Shown here one piece after another: positions 1 through 9,226 of a DNA stretch of 30,929 nt. The stretch's first letter is position 1; each line of letters opens with the position of its first letter. The notes beneath the pieces are model-generated. The model was not told the DNA's origin. It ran no database searches and worked only from the letters and a program-made list of their open reading frames with translations. The stretch spans positions 1 to 30,929 of the forward strand of contig CAXCBS010000001.1 in the NCBI GenBank assembly GCA_963980845.1. The letters are read 5' to 3'. The DNA comes from an uncultured Candidatus Peregrinibacteria bacterium. GTDB taxonomy: Bacteria > Patescibacteriota > Gracilibacteria > UBA1369 > UBA12473. Both the position numbers and the translations under genes were made by a program.

Positions 1-16
1 TGACTATGCAGAGCGA

Positions 17-511
17 ATGAAGGCTATTGTTGATGGGTTAGAGGGCCTGGATCAAAACATTCAAACTATGTCTATATTAATGGCTCAACAGATGCCAGAG
101 TTGTTTTCATCTGATGTGCAGTTAGCGTTGGAATTGGTGGGGTTGGCTTTTAGATATGCTTTTAAAAATTTCCCAGATGAGGAGGCAGGTGAGTCGAGAT
201 TTGTAAAGCCTACTCAAGAAGAGATTGAGTTATGGGTAGATAAATATGGTCGGGGTCATACTAATTTAGCAAGATTGGTGAATTTTTTTGGTGGATATCC
301 TCCTGGGACGGGCTTATTTAAGAAGCAACTCGCAGAAAGTCTTGGAGGTTCTGTAAATAAATGGAATATAGCTCTTGTAAGAGCAAGAGAAAAGGATTTG
401 CCGTTTACTTTTGCTAGGGTGGAGCCAACTAAGGAGCAGAGAGATCGTTATGAGGCAGAGGGACAAAGAGGTGCCCCTTATGTCTCTTATGCTTTGAGCC
501 GACGGGTTTAG
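17..511 (+). CDS. Hypothetical protein, probably the C-terminal part of a gene starting upstream of the window
   Basis: 164-aa ORF. The frame stays open back to position 2 (GAC TAT GCA GAG CGA ATG), so the true start may be off-window. No recognisable motif. The stop overlaps the priA stop. Confidence 0.6.
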   Translation: MKAIVDGLEGLDQNIQTMSILMAQQMPELFSSDVQLALELVGLAFRYAFKNFPDEEAGESRFVKPTQEEIELWVDKYGRGHTNLARLVNFFGGYPPGTGLFKKQLAESLGGSVNKWNIALVRAREKDLPFTFARVEPTKEQRDRYEAEGQRGAPYVSYALSRRV

Positions 512-2655
512 TTCATCACTACTGGATCGGTGTCTATAGCCCAGCCTTCTTTTAAAGGACTATTTTTGAGGAAGGCGGTGAGAGTAGCGTGTGGATTTGG
601 GCCTTGAATATAAACGTGATAGCGGAATTTGTTGTGTTTTTTGTAAATTAGAGCAGGGGCGCAGTTGATAATGTGGTCTTTGGCTTGGTGGCTTAGGTTG
701 CTTGCTAAGCTTTGTGCTTCTTGTGAACAAGTTTTTTGTTCAAAATGTTTGAAAGTTAGCTTAATAGTGCGGGTAAATGGGGGGTAGTTTAGGGCGCGCC
801 GGGACGCAATTTCGGTTTCGAAGAACGGTAAATACTTATGCCCGGCGGCATTTTCTAAGCTTGGATGGTCCGGATTGTACGTCTGAATAACAACATGACC
901 TTTTTTCTGCGCGCGTCCGGCGCGCCCCGCGACTTGCATCATCAGTTGAAAATTCCTCTCTGCCGCGCGGAAATCTGGAATATGTAGTCCAATATCAGCC
1001 AGTACTACTCCCACCAAAGTCACATTAGGTAAATCCAGTCCTTTACCAATCATTTGTGTCCCTACCAAAATGTCGATTTCTTGATTTTTAAGAGCTTGAT
1101 ATAGTTTGTCGAAACTGTCTTTTTTGCTGGTGGTGTCTTTGTCGGCACGGGCAATTTGAGCACTCGGGAATCGTTTTATAAGTTCATCTTCAACCTGTTG
1201 AGTGCCAATTCCAATGGATTTTATGGCCGCGCCACTACATTCCGGGCAAATTTCTGGCATGTTTTGATTTGCCGCGCAGTGATGGCAAGTAAGCCATTCA
1301 TTCCCAGCCCTTGATTTGTGATGAGTCAGACTCACGTCACAGTTTTTGCATTCTGCGGTATATCCACAGTCCCGACATAGAATAGATGAAGAATGCCCGC
1401 GACGATTTAAAAACAAAATGGCTTGTTCTTTTTTTTCTAGAGTTTCTTGTAACTTGGTATAAAGCGCATCACTAAAAATACTAAAATTCTTTTTGTGTAA
1501 TTCCTCACGCATATCTACCACTTCTACTTCTGGCAACGACCTCCCAAGAATTCTTTCATTGAGTTTAAACAAATTAATGCGTTCTGTTTTAGCGGCATAG
1601 CGAGTTTCAATGTCTGGAGTAGCGCTGCCCAGAACAACTTTCGCTTCAGTTAGAGCAGAGATCTTAAGGGCTACTTTTCGAGCATGATAATGAGGGGATT
1701 TGTCTTGTTTATAACTCCATTCGTGTTCCTCGTCTATAATAATAAGTCCAAGGTTTTTGGATGGTGCGAAAATAGCAGATCGTGATCCAATTATTACCTG
1801 GGCTGTTCCTTCGTGAATACGCCACCATTCACGTTCGCGTTCTCCGAGTGAAAGGCGACTGTGTAGAACTGCTATTTTCTCCTTAAATTCATGGGCAAAA
1901 TATTCGATGAATTGGGGAGTAAGTGAGATTTCCGGAACCATTAAAATTATTTGTTTGCCGCTTGCCACTATTTTTTGGGCTAATTGAAAATATATTTCAG
2001 TTTTTCCAGAGCCAGTGACACCATGAATCAGCGACACTTTTTTGTCACTACTTAACACTCCATCATAAATTTTTTGTTGTTCAGGGGTGAGTGTTTTGGG
2101 TTCGCTTTGTGGAGCCTTACCTAAATTAACGCCAGCAATTTCACCAATAACTTCTTCGAGTAATTCTTTTTTTACCAAGCTGCGTAATGTTGCGAGTGAA
2201 AATTCTCCAAGTTCTTTCCGTGATAGGGTTTTACTAGATTCAAATTGTGCCAAAACCTCTGTTTGCTTGGCCCCTAATTTTTCGGGCGCCTCAATGTTAG
2301 TTCGGCGGAAAGCCATTTCATGCGGCGTTCCTCTTTCAGGTTCCCACATTTTTTTTGGCAGCATCATTTTGAGTACCTTATATAAAGGCGCAAAATAATA
2401 ATCAGCTACCCACTCAGCTAATTCTAATTGCCATGGTGCTAGGATTTCCTCACCTTCTTTAATAGAGAGTATCTCCTTGGGTTCAAATGTAAGTTTTCGT
2501 TCGTGTAATTCACGGACTAGTCCGGTTTTTGTCTGATTGCGTAAAGGAATACGCACCGCATTACCAACGCACACCTTGAGTCCCTTGGGGATTTGATAAG
2601 TTAGGCTTCCATTCTGTTTTCCTATTTTTAATGGGAGTAAAATTTCCGCAAGCAT
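508..2655 (-). CDS. priA: Primosomal protein N' (PriA helicase)
   Basis: Walker A GVTGSGKT, DEEH, GSATP, four CxxC zinc knuckles (CRDC/CKNC/CHHC/CPEC), GTQMIGKGLD and QVAGRAGR. ATG at 2655 (MLAEILLP) is preferred over the TTG start at 2694 in the ORF track. Confidence 0.96.
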   Translation of the reverse strand: MLAEILLPLKIGKQNGSLTYQIPKGLKVCVGNAVRIPLRNQTKTGLVRELHERKLTFEPKEILSIKEGEEILAPWQLELAEWVADYYFAPLYKVLKMMLPKKMWEPERGTPHEMAFRRTNIEAPEKLGAKQTEVLAQFESSKTLSRKELGEFSLATLRSLVKKELLEEVIGEIAGVNLGKAPQSEPKTLTPEQQKIYDGVLSSDKKVSLIHGVTGSGKTEIYFQLAQKIVASGKQIILMVPEISLTPQFIEYFAHEFKEKIAVLHSRLSLGEREREWWRIHEGTAQVIIGSRSAIFAPSKNLGLIIIDEEHEWSYKQDKSPHYHARKVALKISALTEAKVVLGSATPDIETRYAAKTERINLFKLNERILGRSLPEVEVVDMREELHKKNFSIFSDALYTKLQETLEKKEQAILFLNRRGHSSSILCRDCGYTAECKNCDVSLTHHKSRAGNEWLTCHHCAANQNMPEICPECSGAAIKSIGIGTQQVEDELIKRFPSAQIARADKDTTSKKDSFDKLYQALKNQEIDILVGTQMIGKGLDLPNVTLVGVVLADIGLHIPDFRAAERNFQLMMQVAGRAGRAQKKGHVVIQTYNPDHPSLENAAGHKYLPFFETEIASRRALNYPPFTRTIKLTFKHFEQKTCSQEAQSLASNLSHQAKDHIINCAPALIYKKHNKFRYHVYIQGPNPHATLTAFLKNSPLKEGWAIDTDPVVMN

Positions 2656-2726
2656 TATGTGAGTTTGTAAAGTCCTTGTAATATTTTTGGGCAAGTCTCG
2701 TTTCTTTCGAGTGCAAATCTATGATA

Positions 2727-2742
2727 ACCTCATTTTTGAGGT
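2727..2742. promoter_or_regulatory. Short inverted repeat ACCTCA-N4-TGAGGT in the divergent priA / surface-protein intergenic region (possible operator)
   Basis: Perfect 6-bp inverted repeat read directly from the sequence. Function is inferred only. Confidence 0.25.
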
Positions 2743-2766
2743 ATTTACACTTTAACCCATAATCAT

Positions 2767-5700
2767 ATGGTTTTCAAAAAACTTATAAGCGCCCTGACTA
2801 TTGCAGCTCTTGGTGCTTCAATGTTGCCAGGCTTGGCTCTGGCAGTAGTCATTACTGACTCTACTTACGACCTAGAAATGCACGGAGTCTATGTTGATGA
2901 CTCTGGTTATTTGAGTGTCTGGGTGGGAAATTCTGGATCTGAAGATGTTCCAGAGGATACTGCTGGTATCACCAAAATTTATATTGATGATATGGACAAT
3001 GCGGCCTGGAGTTATTCCTGGTCTACTCTGGCTGATACGGAGTTTTTGCTAGCAGATAGCGAAACTGGTTCAGTTCTTCGCCCTCAAACTCTTGAAGGCA
3101 CACACACTGTTATGGCTTGTGTGGATGCTACTGATGTTGTGGAAGAATCTGATGAAGATAATAACTGTGCTACCGAGGAACTCACATTTGGTGATCCTAA
3201 CTTAGTAATGCAAGAAATTGATATTAATACTGATGGCAAGCTGGCTGTTGTTTATGGTAATGAAGGTGATACAGATGTGGATTCTTCTGCGGCTGGTGTT
3301 ACTTATATTTGGATTGATGACATGGATGATCCAGCTTGGACTTATAGCTGGACAACATTGACTAATAAAGACTTTTTTAATGTAGGGGATTCCTCTGCTA
3401 TTCGACCGCAATTTCTAGACGGAGAGCACACAGTGAAAGCTTGTGTTGATTATTTTGATGTTGTTGAAGAATCTGACGAAGATGATAACTGTCTAACTGT
3501 TGAATTTGTAAGTGATATGCCAGATTTGGCAGTGCAAGAAATCGTTCTTGATGACAATTCTTACCTAGACATTACTATTGGTAATGAGGGTGACGTTGAT
3601 GTGGAATCTACCACTGAGGGTCACACCTATATTTATATTGATGATGAGCTTCAATATACTTATTCTTGGACAACTTTGAGTGATAAGAGCTTTTTACAAG
3701 TTGGTAATAGTTCAACTATGAGCCCAACCATGCTTACTGGGGCTCATTCTGTAGAAGTTTGTGTTGATGCTAAGGACGTGGTTTTGGAATCTGACGAGGA
3801 CAATAACTGTTTGGCAGTTGATTTTGATGCTGGTGAACCAGACCTTGTTCTTCAAGACCTTTACCTTGATGGTGAAACTCTTACTATTCAAATGGGTAAC
3901 GAAGGTGATGCCCCAGCCGAAATCACTACCGGTGGTGTTACTTATATTTGGGTAGATGGTGTATTGGATATGACTTATTCATGGAAGACTTTATCTGATC
4001 AAAGTTTTGTTGATGTTGATGGTTCTTCTACTATCCAACCTTTTACTGTAACTTCTGATCAAACTATTGAAGCTTGTGTTGATTATTTAGATTCTGTGGA
4101 AGAATCTGATGAAACTAACAACTGTATGGAAGTTGTTTTTGATGTTGTAGATGATAGTTTTGATCCAGAGCCGCAAGATGATGTTTTAGCAGATTTAGTT
4201 TTGCAGGATATTTATATTGATGAAAGCGACCGTTTAACTGTTCAAGTTGGAAATGAAGGAGTTGTTGATGTAGAAGATACTGTATCTGTTTACATTTATA
4301 TTAATGATTTAGATAATCCACAATATACTTATAGCTCTTCAACTTTGTCTGATACTTCTTTCTTAGAAGTTGATGGTTCTTCAAATATTCAACCAATAAT
4401 AGTTGATGAAGATGAAAGCTATGACATTATGGCCTGTGTTGACGCTTCAGATGTTGTGGAGGAGATTTATGAAGATAACAACTGTATGACTGTTGAAAAC
4501 TTGGTTGTAGAAATTGTTTATGAATACGTGGCTGATGAAGAAGAAGCTGAAGAAACTACCGAAGAAGTTGTTGATGAAGAAGTATTTGAAGATTTTGCTT
4601 CTTTGTGGACAGATTCTGATTACCCAGACGTTCTTTATATGAGTGTGCACTGGGGTTACACTGACCCAGAAGCAAGTATGGACATTACTACTTGGGATGG
4701 CTCTGTGAATTTCGAAGGAGCAACTGTTGGTCGTCCAATGCAAGTAATTGATTTTGAAGAAGATGAAGATTGGATTGATTGGGATAATAGTAATCCAACC
4801 ATGACTAGTTTTGTTTCTAACATTAGTTCTGGCAAAGACGGAATGCTTTTCAAAATCAAAGCTGATCTAGAACCAGATGATGGAGGCTCAGATCCATTTG
4901 TGGATTTCAAATCTGAATACCAAAGTACTAGTATTGAGGTGTTCCTAGATGAACTTGTTGCTGATGGTTCTTATACTTATGAATATAGTGATGATTATAT
5001 TGTAGAGTTTGTGCTTGAGACTCAAGCTGGTTGGCTTGATAAGCTTAAGAAAAAAGCACTACTTCAAGTTCGAATTGGTAATATAGATGGCACTGGTTCT
5101 GAGTCTGGTGAAGAGCATCTTTATACTGTCGACATGGAGGTTAACGAAGGTTCAGTGATCCCAGCTTACATGCCACTACTACTTGAAAATCATGCTGATT
5201 ATTCTGGTTATGATGAGCTTACTCGTGATGATGATATGATGTCACTTACTCTTGATGCTGGTATTTTTGGGCACCAAGATGGGTTCTTGTCTCTGCTTAG
5301 CCTGACTGACGTTACCTTAGAGCGTGGAGTAACATTTGTTGTTACTGACGATGATGGTGACACTGTTTTTGAACAAGAGTTTACAAAAGATGTTGAGCTT
5401 GGAGCATTTGATCTAGATGATGGTTCTGGCAATCAAATTGAAATTGTTAATCTTTTGGCTAATCGTAGTGATTTAGTTGAGAGAGCAGAAGAAATTTTTG
5501 AAGATATGTTCTCTTGGGAAAATCAAGTTTCTCGTTTTGGGGCAGTAATTTCTGATCTTATCGATACCGATGAGTTAGATGATGACCTTATTGACGAGAT
5601 GAACGCTGTATTAGATGAATTACTTGAACTTATTCCTGGTGAAGATGATGAAGAAGTTCTTCCACACCTTTATAAAGACATTACTATTTTGACTGCTACT

Positions 5701-6468
5701 CTTCGTTCTAAAATTAATTCTTACGAAGATGGTGATTTAACTGGTGATGAGCTTAATGATGCGATTGCTCAAGTTTTTGATGTTGCTCAAGTTAAGCTAG
5801 AAACTCAACTAGCAGACGCTGATGCGGCCGCTGGTTATATGCAAGATGTTGATTATGGTTCTTGGTACGCTAAGTATATGGACATGGCCATTGCGCATGC
5901 CTTCTTTGCTGGATACAAAGATACTCATGGAGGTTTAACTGGGCTTATTGGGCCTGCTAATCAACTAACTCGTTTCCAGCTTATTAAGATCATGTCTGAA
6001 TTATCAGCTGGCTTGGATATGGGCTTTGGAGCGTCTTCTTGTGATCCGGATAGCGTTGATCTAACTAGTGAAGTTGACTGGATGGAAGGTCATTGGGCTT
6101 CTGGATATGTTCAATGTCTTTATGATTCATCTGGAGATGATTTGATTATTTTCGATGTAATAGAGGAAGACCTAGATAAGGGAACTAGTCCAGCTCTACG
6201 TTGGGAAGTTATCCAATTTGGTTTTGAAATCCTACAAGCTGAAGTTACTGATTACTCTGACACTGAGTTTACCTTCCCAGACATTGGTGATGGTTCTGGT
6301 GTTTATGATGACACTTCTGATATGATTCAAACTGCTTATGATCTTGGAATTATCACTGGTTATCCAAGTGGTGATTTCGGTCCTTTCAACACTGTGAATC
6401 GGGCTGAAATGTTCAAGATTATTACTCTCTTTGAATCAGTCTTTTCACAAGTTGACGAGACTGTGTAA
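2767..6468 (+). CDS. Large acidic secreted S-layer/surface protein: signal peptide, 5 CARDB (Ig-like) repeats, acidic middle region, C-terminal SLH domains
   Basis: Signal peptide ending in ALA. Five repeats of DL-x-Q...GNEG...CVD-x-D-x-V-x-ES-x-E-x-NNC. SLH-like motifs WYAKYM...AGY...IGPANQLTR and AYDLGIITGYPSGDFGPFNTVNRAEMFKII. Confidence 0.85.
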   Translation: MVFKKLISALTIAALGASMLPGLALAVVITDSTYDLEMHGVYVDDSGYLSVWVGNSGSEDVPEDTAGITKIYIDDMDNAAWSYSWSTLADTEFLLADSETGSVLRPQTLEGTHTVMACVDATDVVEESDEDNNCATEELTFGDPNLVMQEIDINTDGKLAVVYGNEGDTDVDSSAAGVTYIWIDDMDDPAWTYSWTTLTNKDFFNVGDSSAIRPQFLDGEHTVKACVDYFDVVEESDEDDNCLTVEFVSDMPDLAVQEIVLDDNSYLDITIGNEGDVDVESTTEGHTYIYIDDELQYTYSWTTLSDKSFLQVGNSSTMSPTMLTGAHSVEVCVDAKDVVLESDEDNNCLAVDFDAGEPDLVLQDLYLDGETLTIQMGNEGDAPAEITTGGVTYIWVDGVLDMTYSWKTLSDQSFVDVDGSSTIQPFTVTSDQTIEACVDYLDSVEESDETNNCMEVVFDVVDDSFDPEPQDDVLADLVLQDIYIDESDRLTVQVGNEGVVDVEDTVSVYIYINDLDNPQYTYSSSTLSDTSFLEVDGSSNIQPIIVDEDESYDIMACVDASDVVEEIYEDNNCMTVENLVVEIVYEYVADEEEAEETTEEVVDEEVFEDFASLWTDSDYPDVLYMSVHWGYTDPEASMDITTWDGSVNFEGATVGRPMQVIDFEEDEDWIDWDNSNPTMTSFVSNISSGKDGMLFKIKADLEPDDGGSDPFVDFKSEYQSTSIEVFLDELVADGSYTYEYSDDYIVEFVLETQAGWLDKLKKKALLQVRIGNIDGTGSESGEEHLYTVDMEVNEGSVIPAYMPLLLENHADYSGYDELTRDDDMMSLTLDAGIFGHQDGFLSLLSLTDVTLERGVTFVVTDDDGDTVFEQEFTKDVELGAFDLDDGSGNQIEIVNLLANRSDLVERAEEIFEDMFSWENQVSRFGAVISDLIDTDELDDDLIDEMNAVLDELLELIPGEDDEEVLPHLYKDITILTATLRSKINSYEDGDLTGDELNDAIAQVFDVAQVKLETQLADADAAAGYMQDVDYGSWYAKYMDMAIAHAFFAGYKDTHGGLTGLIGPANQLTRFQLIKIMSELSAGLDMGFGASSCDPDSVDLTSEVDWMEGHWASGYVQCLYDSSGDDLIIFDVIEEDLDKGTSPALRWEVIQFGFEILQAEVTDYSDTEFTFPDIGDGSGVYDDTSDMIQTAYDLGIITGYPSGDFGPFNTVNRAEMFKIITLFESVFSQVDETV
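2869..4500 (+). repeat. Five tandem ~105-115-aa CARDB-like protein repeats, each with a C-x15-C pair
   Basis: CVDATDVVEESDEDNNC, CVDYFDVVEESDEDDNC, CVDAKDVVLESDEDNNC, CVDYLDSVEESDETNNC and CVDASDVVEEIYEDNNC. GN(S/E)G recurs in all five, a Y(T/S)YSxxTL-like motif too. Confidence 0.88.
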
Positions 6469-6481
6469 GAGCTCTCTTACA
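6464..6481 (+). terminator. Hairpin TGTAAGAG-CT-CTCTTACA spanning the stop codon, followed by TTT (weak terminator or mRNA-stabilising hairpin)
   Basis: 8-bp perfect inverted repeat seen in the sequence. The U-tract is short and the stem is AT-rich. Confidence 0.35.
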
Positions 6482-6498
6482 TTTAACGTTAATAATTT

Positions 6499-8841
6499 AT
6501 GAAGTTCCCTCCTGCTTCCCGTTGTTACTTATTAAAAACCATAGCCCCCATCTTGGGGGCTTTTGGCCTTCTTATGATGTCTAATGTGGCGCTCGCGGTT
6601 TCGTATGAGTCAGATGTTTATGATGGCACGCACAAGTTACATGCTATTGATACTGAGCATTTTATGATTGAGTTTAGTCCGGCTATTTATAGTGGCACGG
6701 ATTCAGATTCGGATGGAGTGCCAGATTTAGTAGAGGAAGTGGCCGAATACTGCGAAGAAAGCTGGGAAGCGGAGATGGATGATTTGGGAATGCCATCGCC
6801 ACTTGATGATCAAGATTTGGTTTATATGATTTTGGATGATCGAGATTTTTATATTAGTGCGGGAGCGCTTGGAGTAACTGGTATTTTGCCTAATGGTGAG
6901 ACTTATGTGGCTATTGATCCAACGTTATCTAGTGACTTACTAAAAGTGACAATTTCTCATGAACTTTTTCATGTAATTCAATTTGGATATCAGGGTTATT
7001 TTGCTGGTTATGATCAGGATATTAATTTCGCTGAATCTACGGCAACTTGGGCTGAGGAATATGTTTATGATGATGTGAATGACTATTATGATTATCTTTA
7101 TCATTATTTTGATCACACTGATTATTCGATTTTTACTGGGGTTATTCCGGAGGGGAGTTTGTTTGAGTATGCGCTTTCGATTTGGCCCGTGTTTTTAACT
7201 GAATATTACGATGATGATTGGGATATGATAGGAGATGTGGTTGATGCGTATTTTTATGAGGAAACTCCAGATGTTTGGGATTCTTTTGAAGCTTATCGTG
7301 AGATTATTGGAGATAAGGGAGATGATATTCGCGAAATTTATCGTACATTTGCTTATTGGAATTATGTGCGAAGTTATTACAACGAAGGCGAAGAATATCC
7401 GTTTGTAGATATTCATAGGTCTTATGGGTCGCAGGATTATCCGATTGAGGAGGGTAAGGTTCGAAAAGGGGTTTTACCAGCGTTGTATGGCGTGAATTAT
7501 CTGCAATTTGAGGTGGATTCATCTATGGAAGGGGAGGATTTTCAGTTTACTTTGACCAAGTTGGATGAGGTGGATTTTGGATTGGTTTTCTTGCCTGAAA
7601 CTGATGATTATTACATGGAAAGTAGTATGGTTTTAACAATACTTGACGCGGATGATGCGGAGGGTACCGTGACTTTGCCAATTGGTGATGATTACACGAT
7701 GTTTACTGTTATGGTGATGCCGTTATTGGAAGATCCGACAGATGCGGAGGATGATGAGCAGGCTTTTGAAATGGCTTATCCTTATCATTATAATGTTGAG
7801 ATTGGCGAGTTTTTAGATAGTGACGAAGTGGAAATTTCTTTTTCCGAAGAAGCTACAAGCGAGGTTGATGATACTGGTGATGACAAGGAAGGTGATGCTG
7901 CCGGTGAAAACATTGATGAGGGTTGGGGAGAAACCATTGAAGCCGATGAATTAACAGTTTCGGAATTAAGTATGACCTCGGTAGGGGATGATTCCGTGAC
8001 TTTGCGCTGGACGCGAGTAACTGAGGCGGCTGGTTATTATGTTCACTATGGGACTGAGTCAGGAGTTTATGACTTTTTTGAAATGGTTGATGGCGGACAT
8101 ATTACTCATCTGACAGTGTCTGATTTGTGGCCAGAGACTTTCTATTTTGTGGTGACTGCTTATGACGATGATTACGAGGAGAGTGAATATTACAGTAATG
8201 AGGTTGAGGCTACGCTTGATGGAACAACTTTTACTGATGTTTACTTAAGTCATAATAATTACAATGCGATTAAGTTTTTGACTTATTTGGGAGTAATTGA
8301 GGGTTATGGAGACGGGACTTTTAAGCCAAACAAAGAGATCAACCGGGCTGAACTTATGAAAGTGATGGTTTATGGTTGGATGGGTGAAACTCCGGATAGC
8401 GATGAGTACAAGGATTGTTTCCCAGATGTGAATGAAGAATGGTTTGCGCCGTACGTTTGTTACGCCAAGGAACAGGGTTGGGTGCAAGGATTTAATGATG
8501 GGAATTTTTACCCAGCAAATACCGTGAGTAAGGTCGAGGCGCTTAAGATGATTTTGGAATCTTATGGGGTGGATGTGGGGTCAAGTGCCACGTTAAAAGA
8601 CGTGCCATTTGATGGTGTTTATTCCAGTGCTTGGTATGCGCCTTATTTGGAGGCAGCGTACGAAATGGGATTACTCGAAGAAATTGACGGTGATTTTGAG
8701 CCTAATGAGGGCCGTACGCGTGCTGAAGTGGCCGAAGAGATCTATCGCTTACTTGTTTTGGATCTGCAATATGAAGGAGTTTATAACGAGGAGATAGAAG
8801 AAGAGTTTTTGGATGATTATGCAGAGCATTTTTTGCGCTAG
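6499..8841 (+). CDS. Secreted SLH-anchored zinc metalloprotease (HEXXH gluzincin-like, resembling the MXAN_6640 family) with an FN3 domain and 3 SLH repeats
   Basis: Signal peptide. DSDSDGVPD Ca-binding-like loop. SHELFHVIQFGY (6958-6972) plus downstream FAESTATWAEE. FN3 pattern (VTLRW...GYYVHYG...YFVVTAYD). Three SLH motifs (GYGDGTFKPNKEINRAE; GFNDGNFYPANTVSKVE; GDFEPNEGRTRAE). Confidence 0.85.
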   Translation: MKFPPASRCYLLKTIAPILGAFGLLMMSNVALAVSYESDVYDGTHKLHAIDTEHFMIEFSPAIYSGTDSDSDGVPDLVEEVAEYCEESWEAEMDDLGMPSPLDDQDLVYMILDDRDFYISAGALGVTGILPNGETYVAIDPTLSSDLLKVTISHELFHVIQFGYQGYFAGYDQDINFAESTATWAEEYVYDDVNDYYDYLYHYFDHTDYSIFTGVIPEGSLFEYALSIWPVFLTEYYDDDWDMIGDVVDAYFYEETPDVWDSFEAYREIIGDKGDDIREIYRTFAYWNYVRSYYNEGEEYPFVDIHRSYGSQDYPIEEGKVRKGVLPALYGVNYLQFEVDSSMEGEDFQFTLTKLDEVDFGLVFLPETDDYYMESSMVLTILDADDAEGTVTLPIGDDYTMFTVMVMPLLEDPTDAEDDEQAFEMAYPYHYNVEIGEFLDSDEVEISFSEEATSEVDDTGDDKEGDAAGENIDEGWGETIEADELTVSELSMTSVGDDSVTLRWTRVTEAAGYYVHYGTESGVYDFFEMVDGGHITHLTVSDLWPETFYFVVTAYDDDYEESEYYSNEVEATLDGTTFTDVYLSHNNYNAIKFLTYLGVIEGYGDGTFKPNKEINRAELMKVMVYGWMGETPDSDEYKDCFPDVNEEWFAPYVCYAKEQGWVQGFNDGNFYPANTVSKVEALKMILESYGVDVGSSATLKDVPFDGVYSSAWYAPYLEAAYEMGLLEEIDGDFEPNEGRTRAEVAEEIYRLLVLDLQYEGVYNEEIEEEFLDDYAEHFLR

Positions 8842-9218
8842 TTGCCTCCAAAATTAGCAGTAAGCAGCATAAATTGCAGCCCAATATTAAATAGCGTCAC
8901 AGATGCGAAAATTGTGATGGCAAAAGATTTGAAAACTATTTGGTGGCGCGCAGATTTTTTATTGTAGAAAAATAAGTAGAAAAGTCCGAAATAATAGGGG
9001 ATTGAGACTATTGCACCGAGTACGTAAAAAACAACGTTGGCTGGGAGTGGGAACGGGAGTAGTTGTTCGATTATCATGAGGACTGGCCACATGGGTGCGG
9101 ATACAATAATAACCAATGACGCTAGAGCCCCTACATTGGCTTGTAGAGCGTCTAGTAGGATTAAAAGGATGGCACCGATCAAGGTGATGGCTAAGGCGAA
9201 GGAGAGAGGTTTTTTCAT
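8838..9218 (-). CDS. Small integral membrane protein of unknown function (about 4 TM segments)
   Basis: 126-aa, almost entirely hydrophobic ORF filling the gap between neighbours, with a basic loop (NKKSARH). Confidence 0.65.
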   Translation of the reverse strand: MKKPLSFALAITLIGAILLILLDALQANVGALASLVIIVSAPMWPVLMIIEQLLPFPLPANVVFYVLGAIVSIPYYFGLFYLFFYNKKSARHQIVFKSFAITIFASVTLFNIGLQFMLLTANFGGN

Positions 9219-9226
9219 AGGGATTG

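Noticed and set aside
2656-2694. TTG start for priA at 2694
   Set aside because: The extra 13 residues do not resemble PriA, whose N-terminal domain pattern starts at ATG 2655.
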